Source of the DNA: an uncultured delta proteobacterium
GTDB lineage: Bacteria > Desulfobacterota > Syntrophorhabdia > Syntrophorhabdales > WCHB1-27
DNA: 64,000 bases
NCBI GenBank assembly: GCA_963835595.1
Contig: CAWIGL010000003.1
Span: 321,981-385,980 of the forward strand
Direction of reading: 5' to 3'
Shown: positions 38,965 through 48,801 of the stretch, one piece after another
How the letters are laid out: the number at the start of each line of letters is the position of its first letter
Numbering within the stretch: position 1 is the stretch's first letter
Position numbers and translations under genes: made by a program
The notes under the pieces: generated by a model
What the model was told of the DNA's origin: nothing
What the model saw: only the letters and a program-made list of their open reading frames with translations
Databases searched by the model: none

Positions 38965-39786
38965 CTATCTCACTTCATCCATAAGACCTGGCAGCAGGTC
39001 GATCAACGCGTAGAACAGGCCAATCAGGCCGTCGCCGGCAATCGCGTAGAGAAGGGCCCCGACGGAGAGGAAGGGACCGAAGGGGAGCGCGTACTTCATG
39101 TCCTTCGCCCTTGACAGCATCAGGGGGATGCCGACCACGCACCCTACGAAAGAGCCGGCGACGAGCGCGAAAACGACGCCCTTGATGCCGCAAAAGGCGC
39201 CGATCATGCCGAGGAGCCATATGTCGCCCCCGCCCATCCCCTCCCCTTTCCGCAAAAGCTCGTAGGATTTCTTGATGGCGTAGATCGACGCCGCAGCCCG
39301 CGAGCGCCCCTGCAGCGCGTCGAAGAGGCCGAAGGAGGGCCTGAAGAGGGAAAGGGCGACGCCGAGGACCGAGCCCGCCCAGGCTCAGCCTGTACGGGAT
39401 TATCCGAAAATCGAGGTCGATGAGCGATATGACGACGAGAAGGCACGCGAAGACGAGCAGGACGGGCAGGTCGAAGGAAAGGCCGAGCACCCGGTAGAAG
39501 AGCGACGAAGAGCGCCGCGGTGAGCAGCTCCACCAGGGGGTAGCGGACCGATATGGGCCGGCCGCATCTCCTGCACCGGCCCTCGGAGCAGCAGCATAGC
39601 TCGAGGAGCGGAACGTTGTCGTAAAAGGCTATGGGCGCGCCGCAGGCCGGGCACCTGGAGCCGGGCCGCACGATGGAGACCTCCCTCGGTATGCGGTGGA
39701 TGCAGACGTTCAGGAAGCTGCCCACGATTGCCCCGAGGACAAAAAAAAGCACGTCTACGACAGGGTGGAGGGATGCTCTCGCTCAT
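38965..39786 (-). CDS. pilD: Prepilin peptidase; frameshifted
   Basis: GSFLNVCIHRIP, SRCPACG, YDNVP, RYPLVE, IDLD, GMGGGD and PFGPFL motifs. Confidence 0.88.
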
Positions 39787-40054
39787 CGGATCACATTATC
39801 CGACGCGGTAAATGCCTTTTGGCGCCCTGCCGCAAGTAGCTTATTCTACCAGACGGGGCTATTTTATCAATGCGAAAAAGTAAAAGCCGGCGCATACGCG
39901 CGGGGCCGCCTTCGCGGCGCGAAAAACCGGCGGGAGCGCGAAGACATATCGACTGTATGCGAAGAGATACATTCGGGGCGCGGACGGCGGATGGCCGGGC
40001 GGGGATATTCCCTTGACAAGGAAGCCGCCAATCGGTTACATCTATACCACAGAC

Positions 40055-40127
40055 GGGCCCATAGCTCAGTTGGTAGAGCCACCGGCTCATAACCGGTAGG
40101 CCCCTGGTTCGAGGCCAGGTGGGCCCA
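40055..40127 (+). tRNA. tRNA with CAT anticodon, most likely tRNA-Ile2 (lysidine); CCA not encoded
   Basis: GGGCCCA/TGGGCCC acceptor stem, ACCGG-CTCATAA-CCGGT anticodon arm, GGTTCGA T-loop; paired G1 and C4/C5 argue against fMet; TTGACA at 40013. Confidence 0.92.
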
Positions 40128-40183
40128 AAAAAGAGAACGGTGGATGGCTGGAGAATTTGACGATACTCACATAGGCAGGACCA

Positions 40184-40214
40184 AAAAGGGGTGAGCAGAA
40201 ATGCCACCCCTTTT
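40184..40214 (+). terminator. Hairpin after tRNA
   Basis: AAAAGGGGTG...CACCCCTTTT. Confidence 0.55.
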
Positions 40215-40235
40215 AAATTTCTGGGAGGGAGCACA

Positions 40236-40947
40236 TTGAACGAAGAATTGGAAACCCTCTGTCAGGTGCAGAAGATCGATACGAAGATCATCGAGAACGA
40301 GAAGAAGAGGGCCGTCGGACCGCAAAAAATCGAGGAGATGCAGAACAAGATCAGCCGGACGAGGGAGAAGACTCGCGAAGGAGAAAGAGATCATAGAGGA
40401 GCTCGAAAAGGAAAGAAGGAAGAAGGAGATCGAGCTCGAAGGGGAAAAGGCGCAGGTCAAGAAGGTCGAGGCCAAGCTCCATGAAGTGAAGACCAACAAG
40501 GAGTACCAGGCGATCCTCAAGGAGATCGAGGCGGCAAGGACGGCAAACGACAAGACGGAGGAAGACATCATCCTCCTCATGGAGAGGATCGAGGAGCTAA
40601 AAAAAGACAACCAGGCGTCCCAGAAGGAGCTTGCCAAGAGGGAGCAGGAGGTCGGCCAGGAGGTCGGCGAGCTTGAGAAGGAGATAAAGGCGGCCGACAC
40701 CATCATAGAAAAGCTCCGCGCCGAGCGCCGGAGGCTGCTCGTCGACGTAGGCGCCGGCCTCAAGGAGCGCTACAACATACTCATCGAGAAGAGGGGCGGC
40801 CTGGCCGTCGTCAACGTCAAGAACGGCACCTGCCTGGGGTGCTTCATGAATATCCCGCCGCAGTTGTTCATCGAGGTGATGAGGAACAGCAGGATCATCA
40901 CCTGCCCGAGCTGCAACAGGATCTTCTGCTACCAGGAAGAAGAATGA
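40236..40947 (+). CDS. Coiled-coil C4-type zinc-ribbon protein (DUF164); frameshift near 40370
   Basis: VKTNKEYQA, CLGCFMNIPPQ, CPSCNRI; TTG start after GGGAGG. Confidence 0.85.
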
Positions 40948-41335
40948 AGGAATGGCATATTTACATCGACGGCGCCTCGCTGGGCAACCCCGGCCTTTCC
41001 GGTGCCGGGATGGTCGCCTTCGACGAGGACGGCAACGAGGTCTGGAGGGAGGGCGTCCACCTGGGCCGGATGACGAACAACATGGCCGAATACGAGGCGC
41101 TGATACGGGCGCTGCGCAAGGTGGGGGAGCGTGCCGCACTGCCCGTCCGCATCTATACGGACTCGCAGCTCGTCGCTAACCAGGTCTGCGGCAAGTACCG
41201 CATCAGGAACGAAAGGCTGCGGGTCTATCTCGAAGAGGCGCACCGCCTCATTGGAACGCTCTCGCATTTTTCTGTAAAATATATTCCGAGGGAAGGAAAC
41301 AGGCTTGCCGACAAGCTGGCGAAAGATGCGGCTGC

Positions 41336-41699
<364 letters not shown>

Positions 41700-42114
41700 T
41701 TTTTGATCCCTCCCCGTTCTGCCCCCCCTACCCTTCCGCGGCGAAAGCTATTTTAAAACCCGATTATCCGATGGCCCTTCCCCTCCGCGAAAGTACCCTT
41801 GCCCGTCCTTAATGTGTTATTGCCGCCGCCTTGAAATAGTAAGCAAGCTGCCCAAGAGGCGACCTCTTAGTACGATATTTTCTTCCTCCACAAACTGAGG
41901 ACAGTGAGAAATCGTAAAGAGTTCACGTGGTATTCGTGCGGCCCAGAAGAGAGGACAAGTCACGTTGGTCAACTCCGTTACCCCAACTGAAGAGGGCTTC
42001 GACAGAATCGAGAATATACAAGTACATGGAACAGGTGGTATACTTGGAGTTAGGGGAAGTGTGTGGTTTGCCTGAAATGAAGAATCAAGGAATTCAAGTG
42101 ACGAGGACAATAAC

Positions 42115-42309
42115 ATGAATACAAAAGAGGTGTTGATAAACGAGATCGAAGAAGTCCCTGAGCCGTTTCTTTCTGAAGTGCTCGACTTTGTCCATTTCCT
42201 TAGGGCAAAAATCCTTCGGGAAAAGCTGGATATCGCCATCATGAGCGAATCCTCCTTGGGAAAGGACTGGCTGACTCCAGAGGAGGACGAAGCATGGGAA
42301 GGTTTGTAA
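42115..42309 (+). CDS. DUF2281-like antitoxin
   Basis: EVLDFVHFL...SESSLGKDWLTPEEDEAW; overlaps the toxin start. Confidence 0.8.
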   Translation: MNTKEVLINEIEEVPEPFLSEVLDFVHFLRAKILREKLDIAIMSESSLGKDWLTPEEDEAWEGL

Positions 42310-42626
42310 AAGGTGCCGTTGTCGTCATCCCCTTCCCTTTCTCCGACCTAAGCCAATCTAAAAGGCGACCTGCCCTTGTTGTGGCTCCGCTTGAGGGAAA
42401 CGATGCCATTCTTTGCCAGATAACAAGCAAGGCCATTAAGGACAAATACGCCATCTCAATCGACGAAGTTGATTTCGAGTCAGGAGGCCTTAGACAAGCC
42501 GGCAACATAAGACCCAACCGGCTGTTCACGGCAGACAACCGTATTATCCTTTACCTGGTTGGCGTCATCAAGAAAGACAAGTTGACCCAAGCTATTGAAA
42601 AAGTGGTTGAAATAATAAGGGAATAA
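42294..42626 (+). CDS. PemK/MazF-family toxin
   Basis: VVVIPFPFSDLSQSKRRPALVV, CQITSK and NIRPNRLFT motifs. Confidence 0.9.
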   Translation: MGRFVKGAVVVIPFPFSDLSQSKRRPALVVAPLEGNDAILCQITSKAIKDKYAISIDEVDFESGGLRQAGNIRPNRLFTADNRIILYLVGVIKKDKLTQAIEKVVEIIRE

Positions 42627-42712
42627 GGAGGGCGGGGGGGGATGAGCGTTGTTGAGGACGGGAGGATGGATGGGTATTATGAAGAGGGTGACGAATAACG
42701 GAATCAACGAAA

Positions 42713-42750
42713 CTACGTCCCCAAAGTGCTCCTACGTCCCCAAAGTGCTC
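42713..42750. repeat. 19-bp tandem duplication (ctacgtccccaaagtgctc x2)
   Basis: Exact copies at 42713-42731 and 42732-42750. Confidence 0.9.
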
Positions 42751-42826
42751 CCATGATTGCAAGACCCGACCCCGTGGTCCTCGCCATGGTCCTCACATGT
42801 CGGGCCACAAACAAAGGAGAACGAAA

Positions 42827-43486
42827 ATGAAGCAAAGAGCCAATCTCTACGCGATGCACGTGGCTGTGCTCATTGCGGTGATGACAACCTGCCTCATTAT
42901 CGGATGCGATAATCCTTTTACAGGATCAGGCAATTATCCTGTTACAACGGCACAATCGACGAAGACATCCGAATATGGCCTGTCGCTTGCCGGCAAAATT
43001 GATCTCAAGGGGAACGTTGATGATCTGAATAACGATTTGGTCCTTTGTAAGACGGTCCGTCCATTACGCGCAGGCGACAGTCTGGCGGCTTATACCAGCA
43101 CAGATAGGGCGGTGAGCTTGGACAATCGAGTGGTTGAAGCAAACGGCCGGTCTGCAACTTATCCGCTCTTAGCCTTACTCAAAGACGCAAACGGCAGAGT
43201 CGGTAGTATCGTGCTTGCCGATGCGCAACTTAAACTAGATGTGCCTTCACGCAAGCTGGTCAAGCGTAATGGCTGCCTGATTTTCGCCATGCGTGAGCTC
43301 AAAGCAGGCCAGGCATTTAAGGTGCTCTACAATCCCGATTTAGGCGCCGCATCCATTGAACGGGAGACAGTCAGCGGTATGATAACGCCCGTTCTTCTTA
43401 TAACTGTCGGATCAGACCCCAAGCAAGACAAGGCGCGCCAACTGGTAAGTTTGTGGGCAGCAGCCGACAGCTTGGCCGGCAAGTGA
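42827..43486 (+). CDS. Hypothetical lipoprotein
   Basis: AGGAG RBS, hydrophobic signal ending IIGC; lower GC than neighbours. Confidence 0.65.
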   Translation: MKQRANLYAMHVAVLIAVMTTCLIIGCDNPFTGSGNYPVTTAQSTKTSEYGLSLAGKIDLKGNVDDLNNDLVLCKTVRPLRAGDSLAAYTSTDRAVSLDNRVVEANGRSATYPLLALLKDANGRVGSIVLADAQLKLDVPSRKLVKRNGCLIFAMRELKAGQAFKVLYNPDLGAASIERETVSGMITPVLLITVGSDPKQDKARQLVSLWAAADSLAGK

Positions 43487-43748
43487 TTAGGTATCTGGTG
43501 AATTGCGGCGCACTCTCGCCTAGCCCGGCGCAGTCCCGACTTTTATAATTAGCAAAAAAAGAGAAGCGTTAGAGGGGCCTTGTTTCATTCGTGACGGTCC
43601 GTCATAAACCCCCTTTTTAAGAGAGGCCGTCACGCACGAGGCCCGTCTTCGATTCATAACATAATATTGTTCCCATTCGATTTAGATTCTTGATTGAATG
43701 TAGGCAATATGTTATAGAATTCACAAGACCCTCGCGGAGGATGGACCG

Positions 43749-44201
43749 ATGAGCAAGTTTCTGGATAAGCTGTTTATACGGATCATGGAGAAGGAAGACC
43801 TCGATTTCATCGTCAATATAGACACGAAGGTGCTCGGCGAGACGCGCCGCGACTACTGGCTTACCAAGATCGTCAAGCAGGCGGAGTCGAGGCCGCACGA
43901 CGCCTCCCTGGTCGCCGAGGTGGACGGAAAGGTGGTGGGCTTCATCCTCGGAGAGGTAAGCGGATGGGAGTTCAAGGTCCCCAACAACATCGGGTGGATC
44001 GACACGATAGGCATCGACCCCGACTACCAGAACCGGGGCATCGCGAAAGAGCTTGCCAACCTGTGCGTCCAGAACCTGAAAAAATATGGGGTTGACACGA
44101 TCTACACGCTCGTCAACTGGAACGACTGGGACCTTCTCCAGTTCTTCCACGCGATGGGGTTTTCACGGGGGGACATGATAAACCTGGTGCTCAGGGTTTA
44201 G
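43749..44201 (+). CDS. GNAT-family N-acetyltransferase
   Basis: VAEVDGKVVGF, IGIDPDYQNRGIA and FFHAMGF motifs. Confidence 0.9.
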   Translation: MSKFLDKLFIRIMEKEDLDFIVNIDTKVLGETRRDYWLTKIVKQAESRPHDASLVAEVDGKVVGFILGEVSGWEFKVPNNIGWIDTIGIDPDYQNRGIAKELANLCVQNLKKYGVDTIYTLVNWNDWDLLQFFHAMGFSRGDMINLVLRV

Positions 44202-44217
44202 CGCCCTTCCCTGCCCT

Positions 44218-46067
44218 TTAAGCCCTCACCCCGGCGGGCCGCGCCTTTTTCTTCTTACTGTGGCCGGCGCTTTTTGCAGTCGCGGCCCGGCTTTTTGCCC
44301 GCACTTTCTTAACCGTACGGTACGAAGCCGCCCGCGCGCCCTTCCCGCTTGAGGCATGGCGCTTATTCAGCTCCGGCCTCGCCTTCGGCCGGGTCCGCTC
44401 TTTCTTCACCACCTGGGTCTCTTTAAGCACGGCGGGCTCGATGCCGTACTTGGCGCGGACCCTCGCAAGGGCCTCAGCCTCGACTGACGTGTCGTATTCT
44501 TTTCTCGGCTCGGAGACGGCAGCCACCTGGATGACCTCCGGCCGCGCCGAAGGCTGAGCCTGCGGCCCGGGCTGCGGCTGCGGCTCGGAGTGCGCCGAGG
44601 GCTGGGGCTGCGGTGCCGGCTGCGCGTGCGGCTCCGGCTGTAAACGTGCCTCGGTCTGCCCGCGCGGCTCCGGCTGCGCCGCCGCCACTTCCCTGGCCGC
44701 CACTTCCTTGCCGGCCTTCTCACGCGCCGCCGTCCCTTCCCTGCCCGCCGTCTCGCGGGCTGCCAGCATCGTCTCCCGCCCGCCGTAGAACCTGGGGATG
44801 TAGACGACAGCGCCGGCCTTCGCCTTTATCTCCCGGTCGCACGTGTTGACGAGCATGAGGTCGTCGATGCCCACGTCGTACTTATCCATGACTACCGCGA
44901 GGCGGTCCTTCTTTTTGAACGTGTACGTCGTCGCCTCCCGCACCCTCTTTTCCGTCCTCAGTGAGGCCGCGAGGGCCGCGCGGAACCGATCCGCAGCGGT
45001 AGAATCGGGCAGCCTGATCGTATACGTCTCGACGTCCGGCGGGGTGATGCTCGTCAGGAGCTCCGGGTTGAGCACCCTCAATGAATCGACGTCGGTCGAT
45101 GCGGCGCGCGCCACTGCTTCGAGCGGCACGCCGCCGGGCACCACTTCGCTCACGGTCTTGATCGGCTGGTCGTAGTCGATGCCCGTAAATCCGAATTTCT
45201 CCGGGCTTTTGGCGACAAGGGCGGCTGCGATGAGCCTCGGTATGTACTCCCGCGTCTCCCTCGGCAGCGTATTATATTTCGTGAGCTCCCAGAAGTCGCC
45301 CGTCCCGTGCATCTCAACGGACCTTTCGATCCTCTTCTCGCCCGCGTTATAGGCAGCAGCAGCGAGGTACCAGGAGCCGAACTGGTTGAAAAGGTCTTTC
45401 AGGTAGAGGGCCGCGGCCACAGTCGATTTCTCCGGGTCCCTTCTCTCGTCAACCCAGTGGCTTACCCGCAGTCCGTACCTGCCCCCCGTCTCGTAAATGA
45501 ACTGCCACGGCCCGCACGCCTTCATGGCGGAATACGCCTTAGGGTTGAAGCCGCTCTCGATCATGGCGAGGTAGATGAGGTCTTCGGGCAGCCCGTGCCG
45601 CCGCATGATCTCCCTTATCATGGGAACATACCGGCGCGAGCGCCGCAGCCAGTTGGCAAAAACCTTCCTCTTTTCGGTTGTGTAATACCTTACGAAGTAT
45701 TGGACTGCGTCGTTGAGGACGATGGGTATGTCGAACTGCTTCAGGTAATCGTCGGTGAGGAGCGCGCTCAGGTCTGCGTCGCCCTCACCCCTGCGGTAAA
45801 GCGAATAGGCGTCTGCCTGGCCGCCCCCGTTGTTGGCGCGAAGGACGGACTTATCGCTCCGCCCGGCCCTCGTCTTATCGCCCGGCGCGCCCGGCAGCGC
45901 CACGCCTCCCCCCCGCCCGACGGCTCCGTCGCGTCCCCGGATAAGGCCACTTCGACGGGGCGCGACTGGAAAGAGCCGCTGCTTGAGCATCCGCCGGCAA
46001 AAAGGCAAAGAAGACCTGTCAGGAGGAACGTGCATCCGGCGGCTACGGGAAGCCGTATATGCGCCAT
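44218..46067 (-). CDS. MltD-like lytic transglycosylase lipoprotein with LysM-like region and P/Q/K-rich tail; frameshift near the C-run at 45908-45914
   Basis: LAMIESGF, ACGPWQFI, DERRDPEKST, AAYNAGE, LPRETREYIP; lipobox AGGC in the upstream frame. Confidence 0.85.
44550..44780 (-). repeat. Low-complexity coding repeats (ARE-x-AA/AG; PQPEP/PQPS)
   Basis: Degenerate peptide repeats in the mltD linker. Confidence 0.6.
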
Positions 46068-46085
46068 TCTCGCCAACACTTTCTG

Positions 46086-46114
46086 ATAATAGAAGCGAAT
46101 TGGCTTGCTGTCAA
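46086..46114 (-). promoter_or_regulatory. sigma70-type promoter of mltD
   Basis: Minus strand TTGACA-17nt-TATTAT. Confidence 0.65.
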
Positions 46115-46325
46115 TAAAAAAGTACATTTTTCTGTTGAAATAACAGAAAAAAATGCATTTTTGCACATACGATGCGATTGTGCAGCGCCTTGACTGCACT
46201 GGGAAAATCGATGCCGGGTGACGAAAAGCCAGCGGGGAGTAAGGCCCGGATAAGTCGAAAGGCTCGGCGCTCTGCTATCCGGCGCGCCCCGCTGATCGGC
46301 ACGCGCGGCTATTCCGCGAGTCCCG

Positions 46326-46760
46326 CTATTCGGCGGCCCCGGCCCGTTTGTGGCAGTTTTTGCAGGGCTGGAAATCGTTGCTGTGGTGGCAGGCCGTGTA
46401 GCACCACTCGACGTCGGGCCTGGGCTGCGCCTTGATCCGCGCCGCATCCGGGGGGATGGCGTGCGGCTCGTGGCAGCTCGTGCACTCGGGGACTCCCGTT
46501 GCCTCCCTGTCGGTGTGCGGCACGTAGACGTGGGGGTTTATCCGCTCTCCGCCCGGCGCTGCGTATGCGGCGGGTGCGCCGGCGAGCTTCTCATAGGGTC
46601 CGTGGCACTTGAGACAGACCTCTTTGGAGACGGCCGCCCCGCCCTCCGGCGCCGTCTGCGCAAGCGCAGGCAAGGGACCGCTCTTCACGATTGCGGCAAA
46701 GGCCGCAGCCCACAGGCACAGACCGATAAGAAAGATGAAGTAGCGTTTCGGCGTCTTCAT
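46326..46760 (-). CDS. Small periplasmic multiheme cytochrome c (3 CxxCH + 1 CxxxCH)
   Basis: Signal peptide; CLKCH, CTSCH, CYTACH, CKNCH; INPH. Confidence 0.85.
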   Translation of the reverse strand: MKTPKRYFIFLIGLCLWAAAFAAIVKSGPLPALAQTAPEGGAAVSKEVCLKCHGPYEKLAGAPAAYAAPGGERINPHVYVPHTDREATGVPECTSCHEPHAIPPDAARIKAQPRPDVEWCYTACHHSNDFQPCKNCHKRAGAAE

Positions 46761-47701
46761 GGCTGAGCAGGCAAGGCGGTCAACTTTTTTCCAGCGAGCT
46801 GCCTGTAGCCCCTGGCGAAGTCGGAGGCCGCCATCCTCTTCCTGTTCTCCATCTGCACCTCTTCGATGACTACGGAGCCGCTCCCTGCAGCGACCTCTAT
46901 GCCTTCGGGCGAGGCGGAGACGATATCGCCCGGCTCAGCCTTACGGGGATAGGCGGCTGCCGGCGCCCTGGCCTTGTAGACCTTCAACATCTTACCGTCG
47001 AGGAACGTGTAAGCGGTGGGCCACATGACGAACGCCTTGATCAGCCGCATGATCTCCCCGGCCGCCGCGCCCCAGTCGATCAGCCCCATCTCCTTCGTGA
47101 CCATGCCCGTGTAAGTCGCCTGCCCCTCGTCCTGGCGCACGGCCCCCGCCATGCCGCCCGCCAATACCTTCTCCACGATCGGCGGCAATATCTCGGCGGC
47201 CCTCAGTGCGAGCCGGCGCGAGAGGGCGGCCGTATCCTCCTCCGGCCCCAGGGGCGTCTTCTCCTGGTAGAGTATGTCGCCTGCGTCCATGCGCTCCGTC
47301 ATGCTGATGACCGTGATGCCCGTCTCTTTGTCCCCGTTGCGGACGGCCCACTGCATGGGCGATGGGCCCCGGTACTTCGGCAGCAGCGACGGATGGACGT
47401 TGATCGCGCCGGCGGAGGCCGCGTCGAGGAACCACCGGGGGATGATTAGGCCGAAGGAGACGACTACGAGGAGGTCCGGCCGGGGCTCTGCAAGCCTTCG
47501 CGCCTCATCGTCCTTGAAGGCGCCTATCTCCGCAAGGGGCAGGCCGGCACAGACCGCAGCCTGCTTCACCTCGTTGTCGTCGAGCAGGTATCCCCTGCCC
47601 TTCGGCTTCGCCTTCTTCGTGACGACCATCGAGACGGACGGGCGCAGGGCGAGCAGCGCAGGCACGGAGAAGCCGGACGAGCCAAAGAAGAGGAGCCTCA
47701 C
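46757..47701 (-). CDS. fmt: Methionyl-tRNA formyltransferase
   Basis: FFGSSGF, INVHPSLLPKYRGPSP and MDAGDI motifs; GTG start overlapping the def stop. Confidence 0.95.
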   Translation of the reverse strand: MRLLFFGSSGFSVPALLALRPSVSMVVTKKAKPKGRGYLLDDNEVKQAAVCAGLPLAEIGAFKDDEARRLAEPRPDLLVVVSFGLIIPRWFLDAASAGAINVHPSLLPKYRGPSPMQWAVRNGDKETGITVISMTERMDAGDILYQEKTPLGPEEDTAALSRRLALRAAEILPPIVEKVLAGGMAGAVRQDEGQATYTGMVTKEMGLIDWGAAAGEIMRLIKAFVMWPTAYTFLDGKMLKVYKARAPAAAYPRKAEPGDIVSASPEGIEVAAGSGSVVIEEVQMENRKRMAASDFARGYRQLAGKKLTALPAQP

Positions 47702-48192
47702 TTTTTCTCCTTGCCGTACTCCCTTTTGAAAAGCTGTTTCTTGACGGGGCTTAAGTGGTCGATGAAAAGGATGCCGTCGAGGTGCTCGACCTCGTGCTGC
47801 ACGGCCCTTGCGAGCAGGCCGGTGCACTCCACCTGGAACGCCTTGCCCTCGACGTCCGCGCCGCTTACGACGGCTTTCTTCGCCCTTTTGACCGACTCGT
47901 AGAAGCCGGGGACCGAGAGACACCCCTCTTCGGCCACGTCTTCGCCTTCCAGCCCGGCAATTGTCGGATTGATGATGACGATGGGCGCGCTCTCTTTTTC
48001 CGTGCCCGTATCGAGCGTGATGACACGCAGGCAGACGCCGACCTGGTTGGCCGCGAGCCCTACCCCGTGCGCGGCGGTCATTGTATCTACCATGTCTTCG
48101 CACAGGCAGCGTACCTCGTCCGTGATCGCGTCCACCTTCCGCGCGACCCGCCGGAGCACGCTGTCTGGATGCGTTTTTATGCTACGAATCAC
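47698..48192 (-). CDS. def: Peptide deformylase
   Basis: GVGLAANQVG, EGCLS and QHEVEHLDG motifs. Confidence 0.95.
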   Translation of the reverse strand: MIRSIKTHPDSVLRRVARKVDAITDEVRCLCEDMVDTMTAAHGVGLAANQVGVCLRVITLDTGTEKESAPIVIINPTIAGLEGEDVAEEGCLSVPGFYESVKRAKKAVVSGADVEGKAFQVECTGLLARAVQHEVEHLDGILFIDHLSPVKKQLFKREYGKEKK

Positions 48193-48801
48193 GACATATT
48201 CTAAAATGGAGGTGGGTTATAGTCAAGGGCGGTTATGCCTGTGGGATACCGCCCGGCAGGGCGGTGGACGCCTCCAGTTGCGTTGAGCAGGTGCATACGG
48301 CGTTTTCTCTCGGCGGCTGGACTCGCGACGCTGCGCGCTAAATCGACCTTTAACACAAACGTGCCCCTACCTCTCCTTGAGATATTATCGCTGCTACTTT
48401 ATCACGAAATGGCCAGCAAGCCGCCCTAAGAGACAAGAACTCGGCGCAGGTAGTTTCTTCCTGTCATCCATATTTTTGTTTTTCTTGTTTTTCCTCTTGC
48501 ACAGCCCCCCGTTGAAGTGGTAAAAGTGTGCAGATAGACCGCTATGAGGTTGGCATGTATCGTGACGGCAAGAGAAAGAGTGCCATTCTGATAAAGGAAA
48601 ATGATAAAGATGCGCCGCGCTCCCTCAGAATGAATGAAATCTTTCGGGTATACATGATACGGAAAATGACCAAGATGAGCCAAGCGGCGGAACAAGCCAT
48701 CTGGTTCTCGAACGAACAACTGCATCCTTACATGACGAGCATGGGACAGGGGAGTGTCAATTCGGCGAGCGGAAGACGTGAACAGTTGGTATAATAGAGT
48801 T

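Noticed and set aside
40055-40127. tRNA as an integration site
   Set aside because: No duplicated tRNA 3' end or integrase seen; downstream genes are core.
42713-42750. CRISPR array
   Set aside because: Only two adjacent 19-bp copies, no spacer and no cas genes. I saw no CRISPR array in the window.
45908-45914. Phase-variable poly-C tract in mltD (also G-run in corC at ~5764)
   Set aside because: Runs are only 6-7 nt and frameshifts are widespread in the window; assembly error is simpler.
48528-48794. 88-aa ORF inside the IR element
   Set aside because: No recognisable domain or clear RBS; cannot be supported as a gene without a homology search.
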